Positions 27,033-42,708 are shown, counted from the first letter of the stretch. The stretch: 64,000 nt of DNA from Octopus vulgaris (GCA_951406725.2 OX597839.1:3596001-3660000), one strand, 5' to 3'. The notes: a model not told the origin generated them from the sequence alone. Numbers and translations are program-made.

Positions 27033-27313
27033 TGACTGGTGTCCGTGTCAGTGACATGTAAAAGCACCAACCGATCGTGGCCGTTTGCCAGCCTGCTCTG
27101 GCCCCTGTGCCGGTGGCACATAAAAAACACCCACTACAGTCATGGAGTGGTTGGCATTAGGAAGGGCATCCAGCTGTAGAAATACTGCCAAATCAGACTG
27201 GAGCCTGGTGCAGCCCCCATGGCTTACCAGACCCCAGTCGAACCGTCCAACCCATGCTAGCATGGAAAACGGACATTAAATGATGATGATGATGATGATG
27301 ATGACGATGATGA
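27033..27313 (+). mobile_element. Retroposon family C (LINE/SINE 3' tail ending in (TGA)n)
   Basis: ggcattaggaagggcatccagctgtagaaa...catggaaaacggacattaaa(tga)n. Other copies lie at 2437-2600(-), 19700-19970, 24886-25030(-) and 30860-31190. Confidence 0.7.
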
Positions 27314-27615
27314 TCTGTCTGTCTGAGTATCTGCATATATATACCTCTGAGCTGTTTGTCTATTTTCTATCTATGCGTCTGTCTGCTTATTGTGTTGTGT
27401 GTATGTATATGTATTCTTTCAAAATGTAACCACATGTGGACTATTAGCAATTTTTTCCCTCTGTCTTCCTTTCACTTGGACTTTCCTCCGTCTCCTGTTT
27501 CTGACGAAGAGCCTTGCTCAAAACATAAAACCACCTTTCTTTCCTTCCTTGAGTGTCTGCTAATATTTTGCATGTACCATGTCCTCACTGTGTTTGTTCT
27601 TCATTTTTTGGGGAG

Positions 27616-27652
<37 letters not shown>

Positions 27653-28010
27653 GACACTCAGACAGATAGATATTAATGTATGCATGAATATATATATATA
27701 TATTTATTTTCTTTTTCTTTTAGACCAGGCTATCAGATGTTGCTACACATCGCTGGTCACAATGCGCTTCGCATTGTTTTAGCCTTCAAATGACGCCACC
27801 CCGCTGGCTAAGCAAGCAGGCCAACAGAAGAAAGAGTGAGAGAAAGTTGTGGCGAAAGAGTACAGCAGGGATCGCCACCATCCCCTGCCGGAGCCTCATG
27901 GAGCTATAGGTGTTTTCGCTCAATAAACACTCACAACGCCTGGTCTGGGAATCGAAACTGCGATCCTACGACCGCAAGTCCGCTACCCTAACCACTGAGC
28001 CATTGCACCT

Positions 28011-28060
<50 letters not shown>

Positions 28061-28137
28061 TAAACTGTTTGTTTACTTTCTATGTATTTGTCTCCTACTT
28101 CCGCTGTTGTGTACGTGTATGCATGCATGTATGTATA

Positions 28138-28193
<56 letters not shown>

Positions 28194-28322
28194 AATTAAA
28201 AAACACCCTTGAATACGTGTTACATTAACATACCTCTTTCCTACAACGGAATGACCTTGTTGCAATTAATACTTAACTAATGTTTTCATTATTCTCCTTG
28301 TGTTTATATTACATTATTTCAG

Positions 28323-28425
28323 GTCTGACTGCTCTCATTTTTGATCTCACTGAACTGGTGGATATGATGTCTATTGGAACTCTCTTAGCTTACTCAGTTG
28401 TGGCCAAGTGTGTTGTTATCCTACG
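28323..28425 (+). CDS. CAT-like copy 2, exon 9 ([34 protein letters not shown])
   Basis: AG/GTAAGT boundaries, phase 1-2, [16 protein letters not shown] motif. Confidence 0.95.
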
Positions 28426-28491
28426 GTAAGTAAACATATGAAACACACATACATAATATATACATACATACATATGTACACACACACACAT

Positions 28492-28555
<64 letters not shown>

Positions 28556-29057
28556 GCATCCTTTCGTCTCGGAAGACAATGGAGTTGCGCATAAAATCAG
28601 TTTTGTGCAGGCCTGGGCTAGATGTAAGAAAATCCTGGTTATCCCAATCGTCAGGATTCCTCTCTCGACCTTACATTACGTTTGGCACCAGCTTTGTTGC
28701 AGGAGCTGCCGGAAGAGTGTTGAGTCAAACACTAAACCGCCTATGGGGCTCCACTCCAGATTTCTTTGAAGGTTGTCCCCTTTCCGTAACCCTGGATAGG
28801 GACCCATATATACATATACTTTATTTAAAGCAGCAGAAAATTCAACAAAACCTGTTACTTTGAGTTTCCCGTTGCCGTTCGTTGGACAGTTGTTGCTAGT
28901 TTTTTCTAGCAAAAACTGTCCGACAAACGGCAACGGGAAACTCAGAGTAACAGGTTTTGTTGAATTTTCTGCTGCTTTAAATAAAGCATATTACTCTACC
29001 ACTGGTATTTGAGTACTCTTTTTTCCACCTTGTTTCACATTTATGTGTTTACTCCGG

Positions 29058-29117
<60 letters not shown>

Positions 29118-29449
29118 AAATATATATATATGCAGAGGTTCAGAAAAGTTCCTGGCTTTAAGGGTGTCACAAAAGGCCTGGCAAAAGTTCCAACCTTCAG
29201 AGTTCTTTTACATGCTTTGAGAAACTGAAGGACCACTGCAATAAGTGTGTATCTCAGAGGGGAATATGATGAATAAAACCATTATCTATCTATCTGTCTG
29301 CCTGCCTACCTGCCTGTGTGTGTGTATTTAAATGTAACAAAACGACTTATTAATTATTCTGCTTGCCACATTATGGAGAATGGCTTTACCATATTCATCT
29401 TCCTTCCTTATTTTCTCTTCACCATTGCTGTTCTTTGCTTGGAATGCAG

Positions 29450-29509
29450 TTACAGAGTACTGACTTTTGACACTGGAGAATCAGATATTAATCTGGGCAG
29501 ATATGACAG
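29450..29509 (+). CDS. CAT-like copy 2, exon 10 ([19 protein letters not shown])
   Basis: cAG and AG|GTAAGT boundaries, phase 2-2. It completes the conserved LRY motif. Confidence 0.8.
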
Positions 29510-29623
29510 GTAAGTTGACAGATTTCATAATGGACTTTTTGTGCAAGATGATCCAGAAAATGTTATTGATTAACAATATATATATATATATATATACATA
29601 CATATATATACATATATATACAT

Positions 29624-29741
<118 letters not shown>

Positions 29742-29871
29742 AATATATGTATATGTAAAAAAAATACAAACTGGGACAAGAACACAAAACATTTAGAAGA
29801 CGATACAAAAAACATGGACGGGACATTCAAAACCTTCAATCTTCAGTCAAGAACCGGATCATCTTCGCAAT

Positions 29872-29904
<33 letters not shown>

Positions 29905-29950
29905 ATACATATATATATATATACACATACATATATATATATATATACAC

Positions 29951-30031
<81 letters not shown>

Positions 30032-30557
30032 AATTGAGATAGGGGTTGTAAATGCAACCCTCCATGGGATAACATATATCCAATATACTGCTAGTGAAGT
30101 ACCCAACAAAGTTAATACATAAATGTTAAGGATTGCAATGCAATCAATTCATTTACTGTATTATATGGGCAAAGGTAAAATGATTTACCACAAATTACTA
30201 ATACAAGAGAAGAAAATGGAGAAATACATCTAAATCAAATATCAATTACCAGATAATACTCAATCACATACTTTATTAAACCACCACATAAGAGACTGTA
30301 GGGTTAAACATAAAAATGCAGAACAAATCAGTGTACATAAAGGAATCTACATAAAAAAGTGTACATAAAAGAGTGATGTTGTATAATAACTAGAATATAT
30401 ATAAAAAAAAGAGAATATACATATAAGTAAATATAAATATAAGTATAGATTATGTTTAACCCTACAGTCTCTTATGTGGTGGTTTAATAAAGTATGTGAT
30501 TGAGTTTTATCTGGTAATTGATATTTGATTTAGATGTATTTCTCCATTTTCTTATCT

Positions 30558-30619
<62 letters not shown>

Positions 30620-30634
30620 CATATATATATATAT

Positions 30635-30732
<98 letters not shown>

Positions 30733-30753
30733 ATGTATATATATATATATGTA

Positions 30754-30810
<57 letters not shown>

Positions 30811-31159
30811 ATGTATATATACATATATATATTTGTGTGTGTGTGTGTGTGTGTGTACAAAGTGGTTGAGTACCCTTGGAGTGTTGGGCCTCAAGGAGGA
30901 ATGACCAAGATATTTGGCATTATGTCGTGCTTGAGAAGAAGACTCATCCAGCTGAGTGAAATTGCAGTTATGGGCAGATACTGGTGTCGTACAAATGGCA
31001 CGTAAAAGCACCCATTACACTCTTGGAGTAGTTGGTATTAGGAAGGGCATCCAGCTGTAGAAAACCATGCCAAATCAGACTGGAGTCTGGTGCAGCCTTC
31101 CAGCTTACCAGCCCTGGTCAAACCGTTCAACCCATGCCAGCATGGACAACAGGTGTTAA

Positions 31160-31191
<32 letters not shown>

Positions 31192-31419
31192 ATGTGTGTG
31201 TATACTCTTTTACTTCTACTCTTTTACTTGTTTCAGTCATTTGACTGCGGCCATGCTGGAGCACCGCCTTTAGCCGAGCAAATCGACCCCGGGACTTATT
31301 CTTTGTAAGCCCAGTACTTATCCTATCGGTCTCTTTTGCCGAACCCCTAAGTGACGGAGACGTAAACACACCAGCATCGGTTGTCAAGCAATGCTAGGGG
31401 GACAAACACAGACACACAA

Positions 31420-31452
<33 letters not shown>

Positions 31453-32597
31453 CATATATACGACAGGCTTCTTTCAGTTTCCGTCTACCAAATCCACTCA
31501 CAAGGCATTGGTCAGCCCAGGGCTATAGTAGAAGACACTTGCCCAAGATGCCACGGACTGAACCTGGAACCATGTGGTTGGTTAGCAAGCTACTTACCAC
31601 ACAGCCACTCGTATATATATATATATATATATAATATATGTATATACAGATATATATATACATACATATAAATATAGAAATATGTACACATCATTATGAT
31701 TTACAGAATTGTCACTCATCACCACCTCTACATTTAATGCAGTAAATGCTTATATAAACACACACACACGTATGTATGTGTGTGTGCATATATGTATGTA
31801 TGTGTATATCTATGTATGTATGTATATGTGTGTGTAAGTATGTATGTATGTATGTATGTATGTGTGCATGTATGTATGTATGTATGTGTGTGTGCATGTA
31901 TGTATGTATGTGTGTATGTATGGGTGTGTGTGCATGTATGTATGTATGTATGTGTGTGCATGTATGTTAGTATGTATGTATGTATGTATGTGTGCATGTA
32001 TGTATGTATGTCTATGTATGTGTGCATGTTTGTGTGCATGTATGTGTGCATGTATGTATGTATGTATGTATGTATGTGTGTGTGTATGTGTGTATGTATG
32101 TATGTGTGCATGTATGTATGTATGTATGTATGTGTGCATGTATGTATGCATGTATGTGTGTATGTATGTATGTGTGCATGTATGTATGTATGTATGTGTG
32201 CATGTATGTATGTATGTATGTGTGCATGTATGTATGTATGTATGTATGTATGTATGTATACAATGGGCTTCTTTCAGTTTCTGTCTGCCAAATCCACTCA
32301 CGAAACATTGGTTTGCCCAGGGCTGTTATAGAAGACACTTGCACAAGGTGTCACACTGTGATATTGAACCCAAGATCACGTGGTTGGAAAGCAAGCTTCT
32401 CAAACACACAGCCATGCTTTGGCATTAAATTTGAAAGGGGTACTTTATGTGTAGCTAGTAACATGGTTGCCTGGCAAACGATAGATACTAGGTTCAAATA
32501 GCATCAGCAGGGTGGGCCCACTGCTTTTTGTTTTCTTCCATATTTATGCCTGAAATGTCTGATATCGAACAAATTTTCTGTCTTCTTCTTGTATTAG

Positions 32598-32719
32598 TAC
32601 AGCTAGCGACCATATAGATTTAGAAGGAAAATTTAGACTGAAGCAACTGGTAAAACCAGAAACAATATTTCCAACCAAAATTAGTGAAGCCATTGTGACA
32701 ACAACTTCATCTATACTCA
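32598..32719 (+). CDS. CAT-like copy 2, exon 11 (TASDHIDLEGKFRLKQLVKPETIFPTKISEAIVTTTSSIL)
   Basis: tAG/GTAAGT boundaries, phase 2-1, P....PT..S..IV motif of the CAT loop. An in-frame alternative acceptor 9 nt downstream is possible. Confidence 0.8.
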
Positions 32720-32732
32720 GTAAGTATGTATG

Positions 32733-32784
<52 letters not shown>

Positions 32785-33135
32785 TAACAATAATTAAGGG
32801 TTTAGCAACAAGTAGCTTGGCTACATACCGAAAATTTTTGAAGTAGCAACCAAAAGATTGCTATTTCTTTTTTCTACAAAATATATCTTCACAGATAACA
32901 TTTATCTGTGGAGACATATTTTGTAGAAAAAAAATAGTAATCTTTTGGCTGCTATTTCTAAAATTTTCAGTATGTGGCCAAGCAACTTGTTGCTAAACCC
33001 TTAATTATTGTTATAATTATATATAAAAAAACTTTTTGCATAAGTTTTTACCGAATATGGTTCTTTTCCATACCGAAAACTAATTAGTAAAATTTGTTAA
33101 TTTTATTAAATTAATAATTTTTTACCCTATATCTG

Positions 33136-33191
<56 letters not shown>

Positions 33192-34202
33192 GAAATTTAT
33201 AGAAAAACAAAAGATGAAGACAGCTGTATAAACAACAAACAGTTCTATTAGTTTAATGCTAGGGAAGGTGAGAAAATCTTTTACATTTTGAGCCTACGCT
33301 CTTCAACAGAAAGGAACAATAGGAAATAAACAGAGAGAGAATAAAAAATCTTTTGGCGCTAGCAGTCAATCTTACAATGTTACCACTTACGTAATCACTT
33401 ACGTAGAATGTCTGCAACTCATCAGTGTGATTGTCATAGCAAAATATAATTTGCAGAACTATACATGAGTCGTCCGTATGAGATTGCACATGTATATAGT
33501 TCTACCAATTACATTTGGGGTTATATTTCAAAAGTTTTTGTTTTACCTTGCCAAAATACTGGAAAAAATTCTACAGAAAATAACTTACTGCAGTGAATTT
33601 TGATGGTTAGAGAACATAGTTATTTAAATTTAAATTTAAAATAATTGAATATTAATGTGGATCGACTTCTAGTATCATGATCGTAAGGTTGTGAGTTTGA
33701 TTCCCGGCGACGCGTTGTGTCCTTGAGCAAGACACTTTATTTCACGTTGCTCCAGTCCACTCAGCTGGCAAAAATGAGTTGTACTTGTATTTCAAAGGGT
33801 CAGCCTTGTCACTCCTCTGTGTCACGCTGATTATCCCCGAGAACTACGTTAAGGGTACACGTGTCTGTGGAATGCTCAGCCATTTGCACGTTAATTTCAC
33901 GAGCAAGCTGTTCCGTTGATCGTATCAGCTGGGACCCTCGTCGTCGTAACCGGCGGAGTCTTTTAAATGGATGTCCACTTAGTGGTCATCCCTCTTATAT
34001 GTATGTAATACAATTTTTATGAATCTTCAGATTTTTCTATATGCTAGACCACTGGTTTTAAATTGATATTAATCAAATTGATATTCAATTTTTCACCCTT
34101 ATTATTTTAAATTTAAATTTAAATAACTATGTTCTCTAACCGGCAAAATTCCTACAGAATAGCCAAATTTCAGTGGCCATAAACATTAGTAATATATATA
34201 TG

Positions 34203-34247
<45 letters not shown>

Positions 34248-34485
34248 TTATAAATGCATACACACACACACACATGTTGTCGTTCAATGCTCGCAATGAA
34301 GTTTAGATAGGTAGCCAATAACTGATGAAGGGTCGTTCTTTATGATAATTGTCCTGTTTTCTATTTGTCTCCCTCGTTGTTTGCGTATTCAACTCATTTG
34401 TTTCCATATTTCATGTTGCTTACTGTTTGTGACGTCCTTTACCCATATATGCATATATATGTGTGTTTGTGTGCGTATGTGTATT

Positions 34486-34608
<123 letters not shown>

Positions 34609-34815
34609 GGAGTGGTCTTCTTTCAGTTTCCATCTACCAAATCCCCTCACAAGGCTTTGGTCAGTCTGGGACTATAATAGAAGAGAGTTGCTCAAATTGA
34701 CCACACTGTGAGACTTAACCCTCAACCATGTGGTTGGGAAGTAAACTTCCTACCACACAGCCATGCTTGTAATAATTTGTGCTTTTTATTCATTATTTTT
34801 CCTATCTTTCCACAG

Positions 34816-34976
34816 GTCTGTTTGTAATTGGTTTGTGTATTCTCCTGGTGAATGCAGAAGATGACCTGACTCGTGGCTGGGCCATTTACTTGATTATTCA
34901 GTTCATAGTCCTCATCATTATTTGCTTGATAATTATTGCTATGCAGCCGCGCAACACTGCCTACATCCCATTCAAA
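34816..34976 (+). CDS. CAT-like copy 2, exon 12 (LFVIGLCILLVNAEDDLTRGWAIYLIIQFIVLIIICLIIIAMQPRNTAYIPFK)
   Basis: cAG/GTGAGC boundaries, phase 1-0, two hydrophobic helices and QP......FK before VP. Confidence 0.92.
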
Positions 34977-35179
34977 GTGAGCAGAAAGAGATTTTCTTTA
35001 TTATTATTATTATTGTTGAATGAGAGAGCAGTACATGCCATCAAAGTGACACTGGGGTGAAATGTACAAAACCCAGTATACTCATCATGACTACCTGTCT
35101 GATAAGGGTACACCTGGCACATGCATCACAACCATATGTGCGCGACATGGTGATCCCATATCAAGATAAACAGCCTTCT

Positions 35180-35670
35180 CCATCAAGTCCTCAGCCTCAC
35201 ACCACACATTCCTCTCATCATTGCTCTCTCAGTCCTTCTCAAAATTGCCATCTCTCTCCCCCTGTCTCACTCCCATACGGCATTGCAGCTCTCACACAAC
35301 TCCTATCCCCCCTCAACACATACCCATACCACCGCACTCCATTCACCCTAGCCAGCCATTCCACCAATTCCTCCAACCCCAACATCCCCATCAAGTCTTC
35401 AGTCCTCCTCTTATCAAACAACTTTACCTCATACATTCCTCGGTCCCTCCCAAAATTGCCATCTCTCTCCTCCTTAGACACCGTGTCTCACTCCCGTACA
35501 GCATTGCAGCTCTCACACAACTGCTATAGACCCTTCCTTTCATCTTCAATGAGAACCTTTTCCCATATAACAACTCGCCACATTCCCTGAACTCCACCCA
35601 GCCAAATCTCACTCTTGCTGTCACAGCTGCTTCACATCCACCACTTACATTCACCCTATCTCCCAAATAA
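35180..35670 (-). mobile_element. Degraded RTE LINE fragment, paralogous to 1-520
   Basis: [53 protein letters not shown]. Confidence 0.8.
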
Positions 35671-35701
35671 CAAAACTCTCAATTATTTTTTCTGTTTCCA
35701 G

Positions 35702-35810
35702 GTGCCATTTGTACCATTACTTCCAGAATTTAGCTCTGCTGTGAACATTTATCTCATGCTCAAGTTATCGCCTCCAACGTGGATACGTTTTGGTGCATGG
35801 ATGGTTGTTG
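35702..35810 (+). CDS. CAT-like copy 2, exon 13 ([37 protein letters not shown])
   Basis: AG/GT boundaries, same 109-nt length as the copy 1 exon at 546-654. Confidence 0.94.
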
Positions 35811-37145
35811 GTTTGTATTTCATTTTCCTTCACTGTATAACATTTGATTGGGACAGCTGTCTTCTCCTCTCACTTGTAATATCTTCTTTATAGTTTGTCA
35901 TTATTGAATTACAATGGAACACTGTTTTATGAATATAATTCACTTCTGAAGGCGTTTTGTTACCAGAAATGTTGTTAAATTGTAAGGCGGCGAGCTGCCA
36001 GAAACATTAGCACACCAGGTGAAATGCCTAGCTATATTTCGTCTGTCTTTACGTTCTGAGTTCAAATTCTGCCAAGGTCGACTTTGCCTTTCATCCTTTC
36101 GGGGTCAATAAATTAAGTACCAGTTACACACTGTGGTCGATGTATTCAACTTAATCCCTTTGTCTGTCCTTGTTTGTCCCATCTATGTTTCGCCCCTTGT
36201 GAGCAATAAAGAAATAAGAATATTTGGTTGAATATGTCTGGTTTAAATGCTAAAGGTTTTAACCCTCTTGGGACACCCAGGCCAATTGATCAGCCCAAGT
36301 GATACAACTGGGGTCAATGTATTCGACTTAATCCTTTTGTCTGTCCTTGTTTGTCCCATCTATGTTTAACCCCTTGTGGGCAATAAAGAAATAAGAAATG
36401 TTTTTAAACTGAAACCGTTTTTCCCCATAGAGAATTTAAGAGAAGTCACAATGAATTCAAGCAACAAGTGAAAGCTAGACATCAGTGAAACCTTGGGGTC
36501 GATATAAACAACTAGTCCCCTCCCACAAATTTCAGACCTTGTGCTTTTGGTAGAAAGGATTATGAAAGTGTACCACCAGTGGTGCATATGGTGGTTCTAT
36601 GAAGTTTACAATAAAGCACCTGTGGTAAATGGAGTTGTTAACGTTTTAATATTCATTCGGGTAAAAACATATACTGTATTGCCTTAACTAACCTGCTTAA
36701 ATATCTGTAGAAACACCTGCTGGATAACCTGTGAAAATGCTAACTCTGACAGACCTAGCATATTAGAGTATGCACACACAGACACACACACACACGCACA
36801 TAGGCACACATACACCCACCTACCTGACATATTGCATACTACCTTGGACAAGAGACAGTCCTGATAGACAGCTACTCTGGACACTGAGGAGCCTTTTTTA
36901 TTCATATTAAGACACATCATCTGCTTTCCCTCTCGCACCCTTCTTGGTCCTCATACACAAACCAATGGACCCAACCTCAACACTGACTCACACACACAAA
37001 CACACACAAATAAGTTCAATTCCTTTGGCTTTCAGTGTTGCTTCGAGTTGGTCCTTGTATCTTCAAAGAGTACTATGCATGTACAGACACACATACATAT
37101 ACAACATGATGCTTACATGATACCTCATACTTTTATTTTTTTCAG

Positions 37146-37204
37146 GCTTCTTCATATATTTTGGCTATGGTTTCCGAAAGAGCAAGCTTGCTGAGCAGAA
37201 GTGA
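37146..37204 (+). CDS. CAT-like copy 2, terminal exon 14 ((G)FFIYFGYGFRKSKLAEQK*)
   Basis: Polypyrimidine tract plus cAG, 57/59 nt identical to the copy 1 terminal exon. Confidence 0.94.
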
Positions 37205-37709
37205 AAACATACAATCCACATCATTAAGACAATGAAGCCACAAGATAACATATGGTTAATTCAAAACAACGAGAATAAACAAGTGTTATGCATGATCATT
37301 GAAACATAGATCTAGCGAGTGAAATGGTGAACGTAACAACCACAACCATAAACAACATTTAGAAATTGACCAATGAAAATAGTAGCCATACACAGAAAAT
37401 AGTCTTACTCAAATTTATATGAAACTAGCTTGAAATACCAAAAGGAAACTACACCTGATGATGAAACATGAGAATAAGAATTCAGTTTTATTAAATAATG
37501 TGTATATACTCTTTACTCTTTTACTTGTTTTCAGTCATTTGACTGTGGCCATGTTGGAGCACCGCCTTTAGTCGAGTAAATCGACCCCGGGACTTATTCT
37601 TTGTAAGCCCAGTACTTATTCTATCGGTCTCTTTTGCCGAACCGCTAAGTGACGGGGACGTAAACACACCAGCATCGGTTGTCAAGCAATGCTAAGGGGA
37701 CAAACACAA

Positions 37710-37744
<35 letters not shown>

Positions 37745-38063
37745 CATATATACAACAGGCTTCTTTCAGTTTCCGTCTACCAAATCCACTCACAAGGCAT
37801 TGGTCGGCCTGGGGCTATAGCAGAAGACACTTGCCCAAGATGCCACGCAGTGGGACTGAACCCGGAACCATGTGGTTAGTTAGCAAGCTACTTACCACAC
37901 AACCACTCCTGTGCCTATATATATGAAAGAAGATATATGAAATAGATGTGTGTGTATGTGTGTGTGTGTGTTTGTGTGCGCGTGAGTGCTTGCGTGTGTG
38001 TATGTGAGAGAGAAGAAGAGAGACAGCATAGCGAAAGTTTTGGCTGACTGTCATCCTGTACTA

Positions 38064-38194
<131 letters not shown>

Positions 38195-40461
38195 TATATA
38201 TTTATCTATAATATAAATTGGACATGGGCGATCGTTGTATTCTTTTTTGTCTTGAGGTTCACAGCCAAACAGCTGGGTGGATTCGTGTGAAAATTGGAAC
38301 ACATATGCAGATGGGTGCATACATTGGAATGTGGTTTGTATTTTTTTCATAGCCCCCATACTTACCGAGAAAATCGATTGAAACTTTTTCTAATGGAATT
38401 CTCCTGTTTGTTCCACCATTAAGTATATGCTCACACAGCCAGCATATACCACTTCGCTAGCAACAAGGCGAGTACAGGATGAGAGTCAACCAAATCTTTC
38501 GCTATGCTGTCTCTCTTCTTCTCTCTCACATACACACGCGCAAGCATGCACACACACACACACACACACACATGCACACACACACACATCTATTTCATAT
38601 ATCCTCTTTCAATTTCTGCTATCTGCAAATGAAATTTTTACGGATACAACTGCATACAAAAATAGGGATTAATGTATAATTTCTTTCTATGTTCATAATT
38701 AAATCAATGTTTTAATGATTAGACAGAGGTCCAATAGAATAGCTCTCAGAAACAGACTACTCTGTCAGCCCTTTCACACTTCATTCATTCCACTCTTAAT
38801 TCTTTTGTTCCCCCTCTCTCACATTTCCTGGCCTTCGTGCTTACTTTCCCTCCTCTTTCACTTCACCCTGTCCCTTTCATTTTTTCTCACCCTTCCTTAA
38901 TTCTTCTGTCCCTCTGCCTCTACCTCTCTCTCTTCTCTCCCCATGTCACTAGTGTTCGGCCAAGCCTGATCTTTCTTTCTTGGTTCAACTACCATCCATG
39001 TAACATCTATATTCCTCCCTGTGCCTGCCAAATCTTATGTCCCTGCTATAAGGCTTAACTTCCACACACGCCAGCTTAATTTCATTCGTCCTTAGTCGAA
39101 AGACACCCGTTGTTAATGTCTTGTTATTTGTATTTGTGTACCATATTTCCCATCCTTGTTTTCGTATACATTTGCTGCTTTCTTCCAAGGAATGTAAGAT
39201 ATATATATATACACACATATACACATACTCATATACACACACACATATATATATATATACACACATATGTCTATATATACATAGATTCGGATCTTTTCAG
39301 TTTGAAGGCCAGATTTTCCTAGTTAACTAAACAATTTGAAACTTCGTATACTGGTATAATGTGTCAAAAGAAAACATAATTGTAAACCAAAATGAAAACG
39401 GAATTGTAATTTCTAAGTTTAACGTTGTTTAATAATTCGAATTTTATCCAATGGTATTCTTTCTTTCGACCTCATATTATTTACTGCCTCTCAAAATATT
39501 GTTACTGTGACGTAAACAGCTATTTTGTGACGTAGTTAACGTAAACATGTAAACAGACCTAGAGATTCGTTTGTAACGTAAACATCCGCTCATTGTAAAT
39601 AGCTAAATTCGCTTGGCATCGTACACAGTTTTTTCAGTTCCCTAGAATTATATTTGAAAGAAAATAAAAAGAAAAAGATTCATACGCATAAATATCCATC
39701 CTTAGACATCAGAAAATGAGTGTTTAAATTATTTTCCATTGTTTGCATTGCTTACACACATACACACATACATACATACACACATACTAAAATTACATCG
39801 TTGGAGTAGTAATTTATTTATGTATTTTTTGTTATACAATTTATTTTAAAGCTGAATCCCTATCCTGCCATTAACCCCTTTCTTATAAAATAGTTGAAGA
39901 ATCTGGGGTGTAGGCCAGTATTGGAACTTTTAACTTCTTGCTCTCTATCTTATGATCTCCGAAATTTAAGAATCTTGTGTTAACTGGGCTCATTATTTAC
40001 TCTGACTCTGCCACCACCTCAATGCAAAGACTATCAATATCAGAATCATCTTCACAACCACCACTACAACCATTACTACAACCTCCAATGCCACCACCAC
40101 AACCATTTTCTGCAACCACAACTCCAAGATCAATACCAGCATCATATTCAAAATCACCAATTTCACCACCACTACACTCTGCAATGTCTTCAACACTACC
40201 ATCCATGAGATATCCTAACATAATCAATGCTACTACTACTATCATCATCATTATCATCCACTGCCGCCGCCACCACCACCACCTCTACAAAAACACCAAC
40301 ACTATAATTGCTGCCATCATACACATCCACTGTCACCACTACACCACCACCACCACTGCCATGATAGCCACATCTACCACCTCCAACACCATTGCCACCA
40401 CTATCTATGAGACATCCTAAGTTAGATACTACTTTCACTTTCTAGTTGCTCTTTGAGTTTA

Positions 40462-40845
40462 TCTTTATATATAAAAGAGAGGTTGTGTGTCTGTACGATC
40501 CTAACTACTCCCACATTTTGCGGTGCAGTTTAACCAAAACCGGGTATCTTATAGTCGTGATTCATATCGAGCCCTTCTGGGTATTAGCGCGCGTCTACGA
40601 TGAGTCTACGATTAAAAAAAAATTACCATAATTTTTTTCCATTTTAATGCATTTTTTTTTGCTATTATATAAGGGAAGTAACTCTCTAAAAATGTCTACG
40701 ATGAGTCAACGATTTAAAAAAAATTTACCATCATTTTTTTCCATTTTTAATGCATTTTTTTGGCTATTTTTTGGCTATAACTCTCTAAAAATGCTGTATA
40801 GTTATTTCCCTTACAAACCCGAGCAACGCCGGGCGATACTGCTAG
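40462..40845 (+). mobile_element. Complete non-autonomous Helitron
   Basis: A|TCtttatatataaaa 5' end, 3' hairpin cccgagcaacgccggg, CTAG|T end and no TSD. Confidence 0.8.
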
Positions 40846-41953
40846 TTATATCTAATCTATCTCTCTAAAAGATGCAAAGCAAGTAGCATTAAATGGTGAA
40901 TGGATGTGAGCAGAAAGAGAGTAAGTTCCATTCCAGTTTACAACAATTATAGAATTATTCCCAAACCATAAATGAAGGGTGGAGAGGAGTGAAGGAGGAG
41001 TCATGTTTCCTCTAAGAGGTTACAGAAGTAATAAGCACTGAAAAGTGGAGTTTGCGTTATTATTTTTGTTTCATAGTTTACAATTATTTCTACAAATTCA
41101 TTTTGACTTATCTTCAATTATGTTTATAAACGTGACCGCTGTGCCGTCCACTATAAACATTGATTAATGTCCTATATTTAAGCGGTAGACAAACACTTCA
41201 GCATATTATTTTTTGTAGAGAGTTGCGAGGGATCATTTCTATGAACGGGGTATCTGTACAACGGATATGACTACATCATTAATTGTGGAGTCGTTTAAAA
41301 ACACAATGCAAGATTAAGTCAACATGGAATTTTTGAAACAATTATAAATTGTTCTATATTTTAGAGATGAGGAATTCTGTACAATATTTACATTTTTTTA
41401 CATTGGACGGATATTTGTCCTCATCTTGTTTGTTGCTACCACAAAATTTCGGCTGATTTACTCTCCAGCCTTCATCAGGTGTCCTGGTAGAATTTTGAAT
41501 CCAACCCTAGGTTCTAAGGTGCCACGCAGTGTGAATGAACCCGAAACTATGTGGCTGGTATGGCCTGTCAGGGAGTCACCATTGCTTTCGCGCCTTTTAC
41601 GTTCTTAGCAGTGGGAGACGTCTACATTGCTAAGAGTATAAAAAGTGTGAAACCAATGGTAACGTCCTGACTGGTCGTAACCCACAACTACATTAGATAT
41701 TACTACGATATATCTAAAAAAACATTTACTTGTCTCAGTCATTCGACATATTCTATCAGTTAATTTCGTCGAACTTCTAAGTTGCGGGGATGGAAAGGAA
41801 GTCAACAAGCGGTTGTCTGGGACAAGCACGAAGCTAGCCCCTCCGGCCCACAAACACGTATATACGACGGGCTTTTTTCAGTTTCCATCGTCCAAATCTA
41901 TTTGACCTAGTGACCAGGCAGCAAACTTCTTGTCACACAGTTACTCCTACGCC

Positions 41954-41991
<38 letters not shown>

Positions 41992-42202
41992 CACGTCCCC
42001 GTAGCTTAGCGTTTTGGAAAAAGAAACCGATAGAATAAGTGCTAGGGTTCCAAAGAGTAAGTCCTGGGGTCGATTTCTATAACTAAAAAACTTTCAAACT
42101 CTGCTTGTTGTTCTTTCACCTGTCTTCGTCGTTTGTTTTCTGTAAATTTGAACTACACACACACACGCGCGCGCACACTCACACACACACACACGCACAC
42201 AT

Positions 42203-42239
<37 letters not shown>

Positions 42240-42666
42240 GGTAAAAGATTAATGAGTGCGTGCGTTACATAAATAATATCTTCAGGATTAAATAAAAAGA
42301 CAACAAACGGAAAATATGACATATCTCTATATATATAATTAACAATAAACGTATTGTAAATAAACAAACGAACACATACTAAATGCACAGGCGAACAGAA
42401 AACACACAAGGTCACAAATTCTTCATCAATTATCAGCAAGAGGAGTCAAACGCAATTTCGGGCATAATCGATAATATTGTTTCTTTCGCTGTTCGCAAAA
42501 AAGTTCGTATTCCATATTTTCGTATTTCCTGTTGTTTACCTTCTGTGACGTCCTGAACCCATATATGCATATGTATATACATATATATGTAAGTATATAC
42601 ATACATACATACATACATACATACATACATACATACATACATACATACATACATACATACACACAT

Positions 42667-42708
<42 letters not shown>

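Noticed and set aside
39977-40438. Thr/His/Pro-rich ORFs resembling mucin or His-rich proteins
   Set aside because: The sequence is low-complexity (CAC/CAT/TAC)n without splice or homology support. It is used only as a marker of the inner inverted arm.
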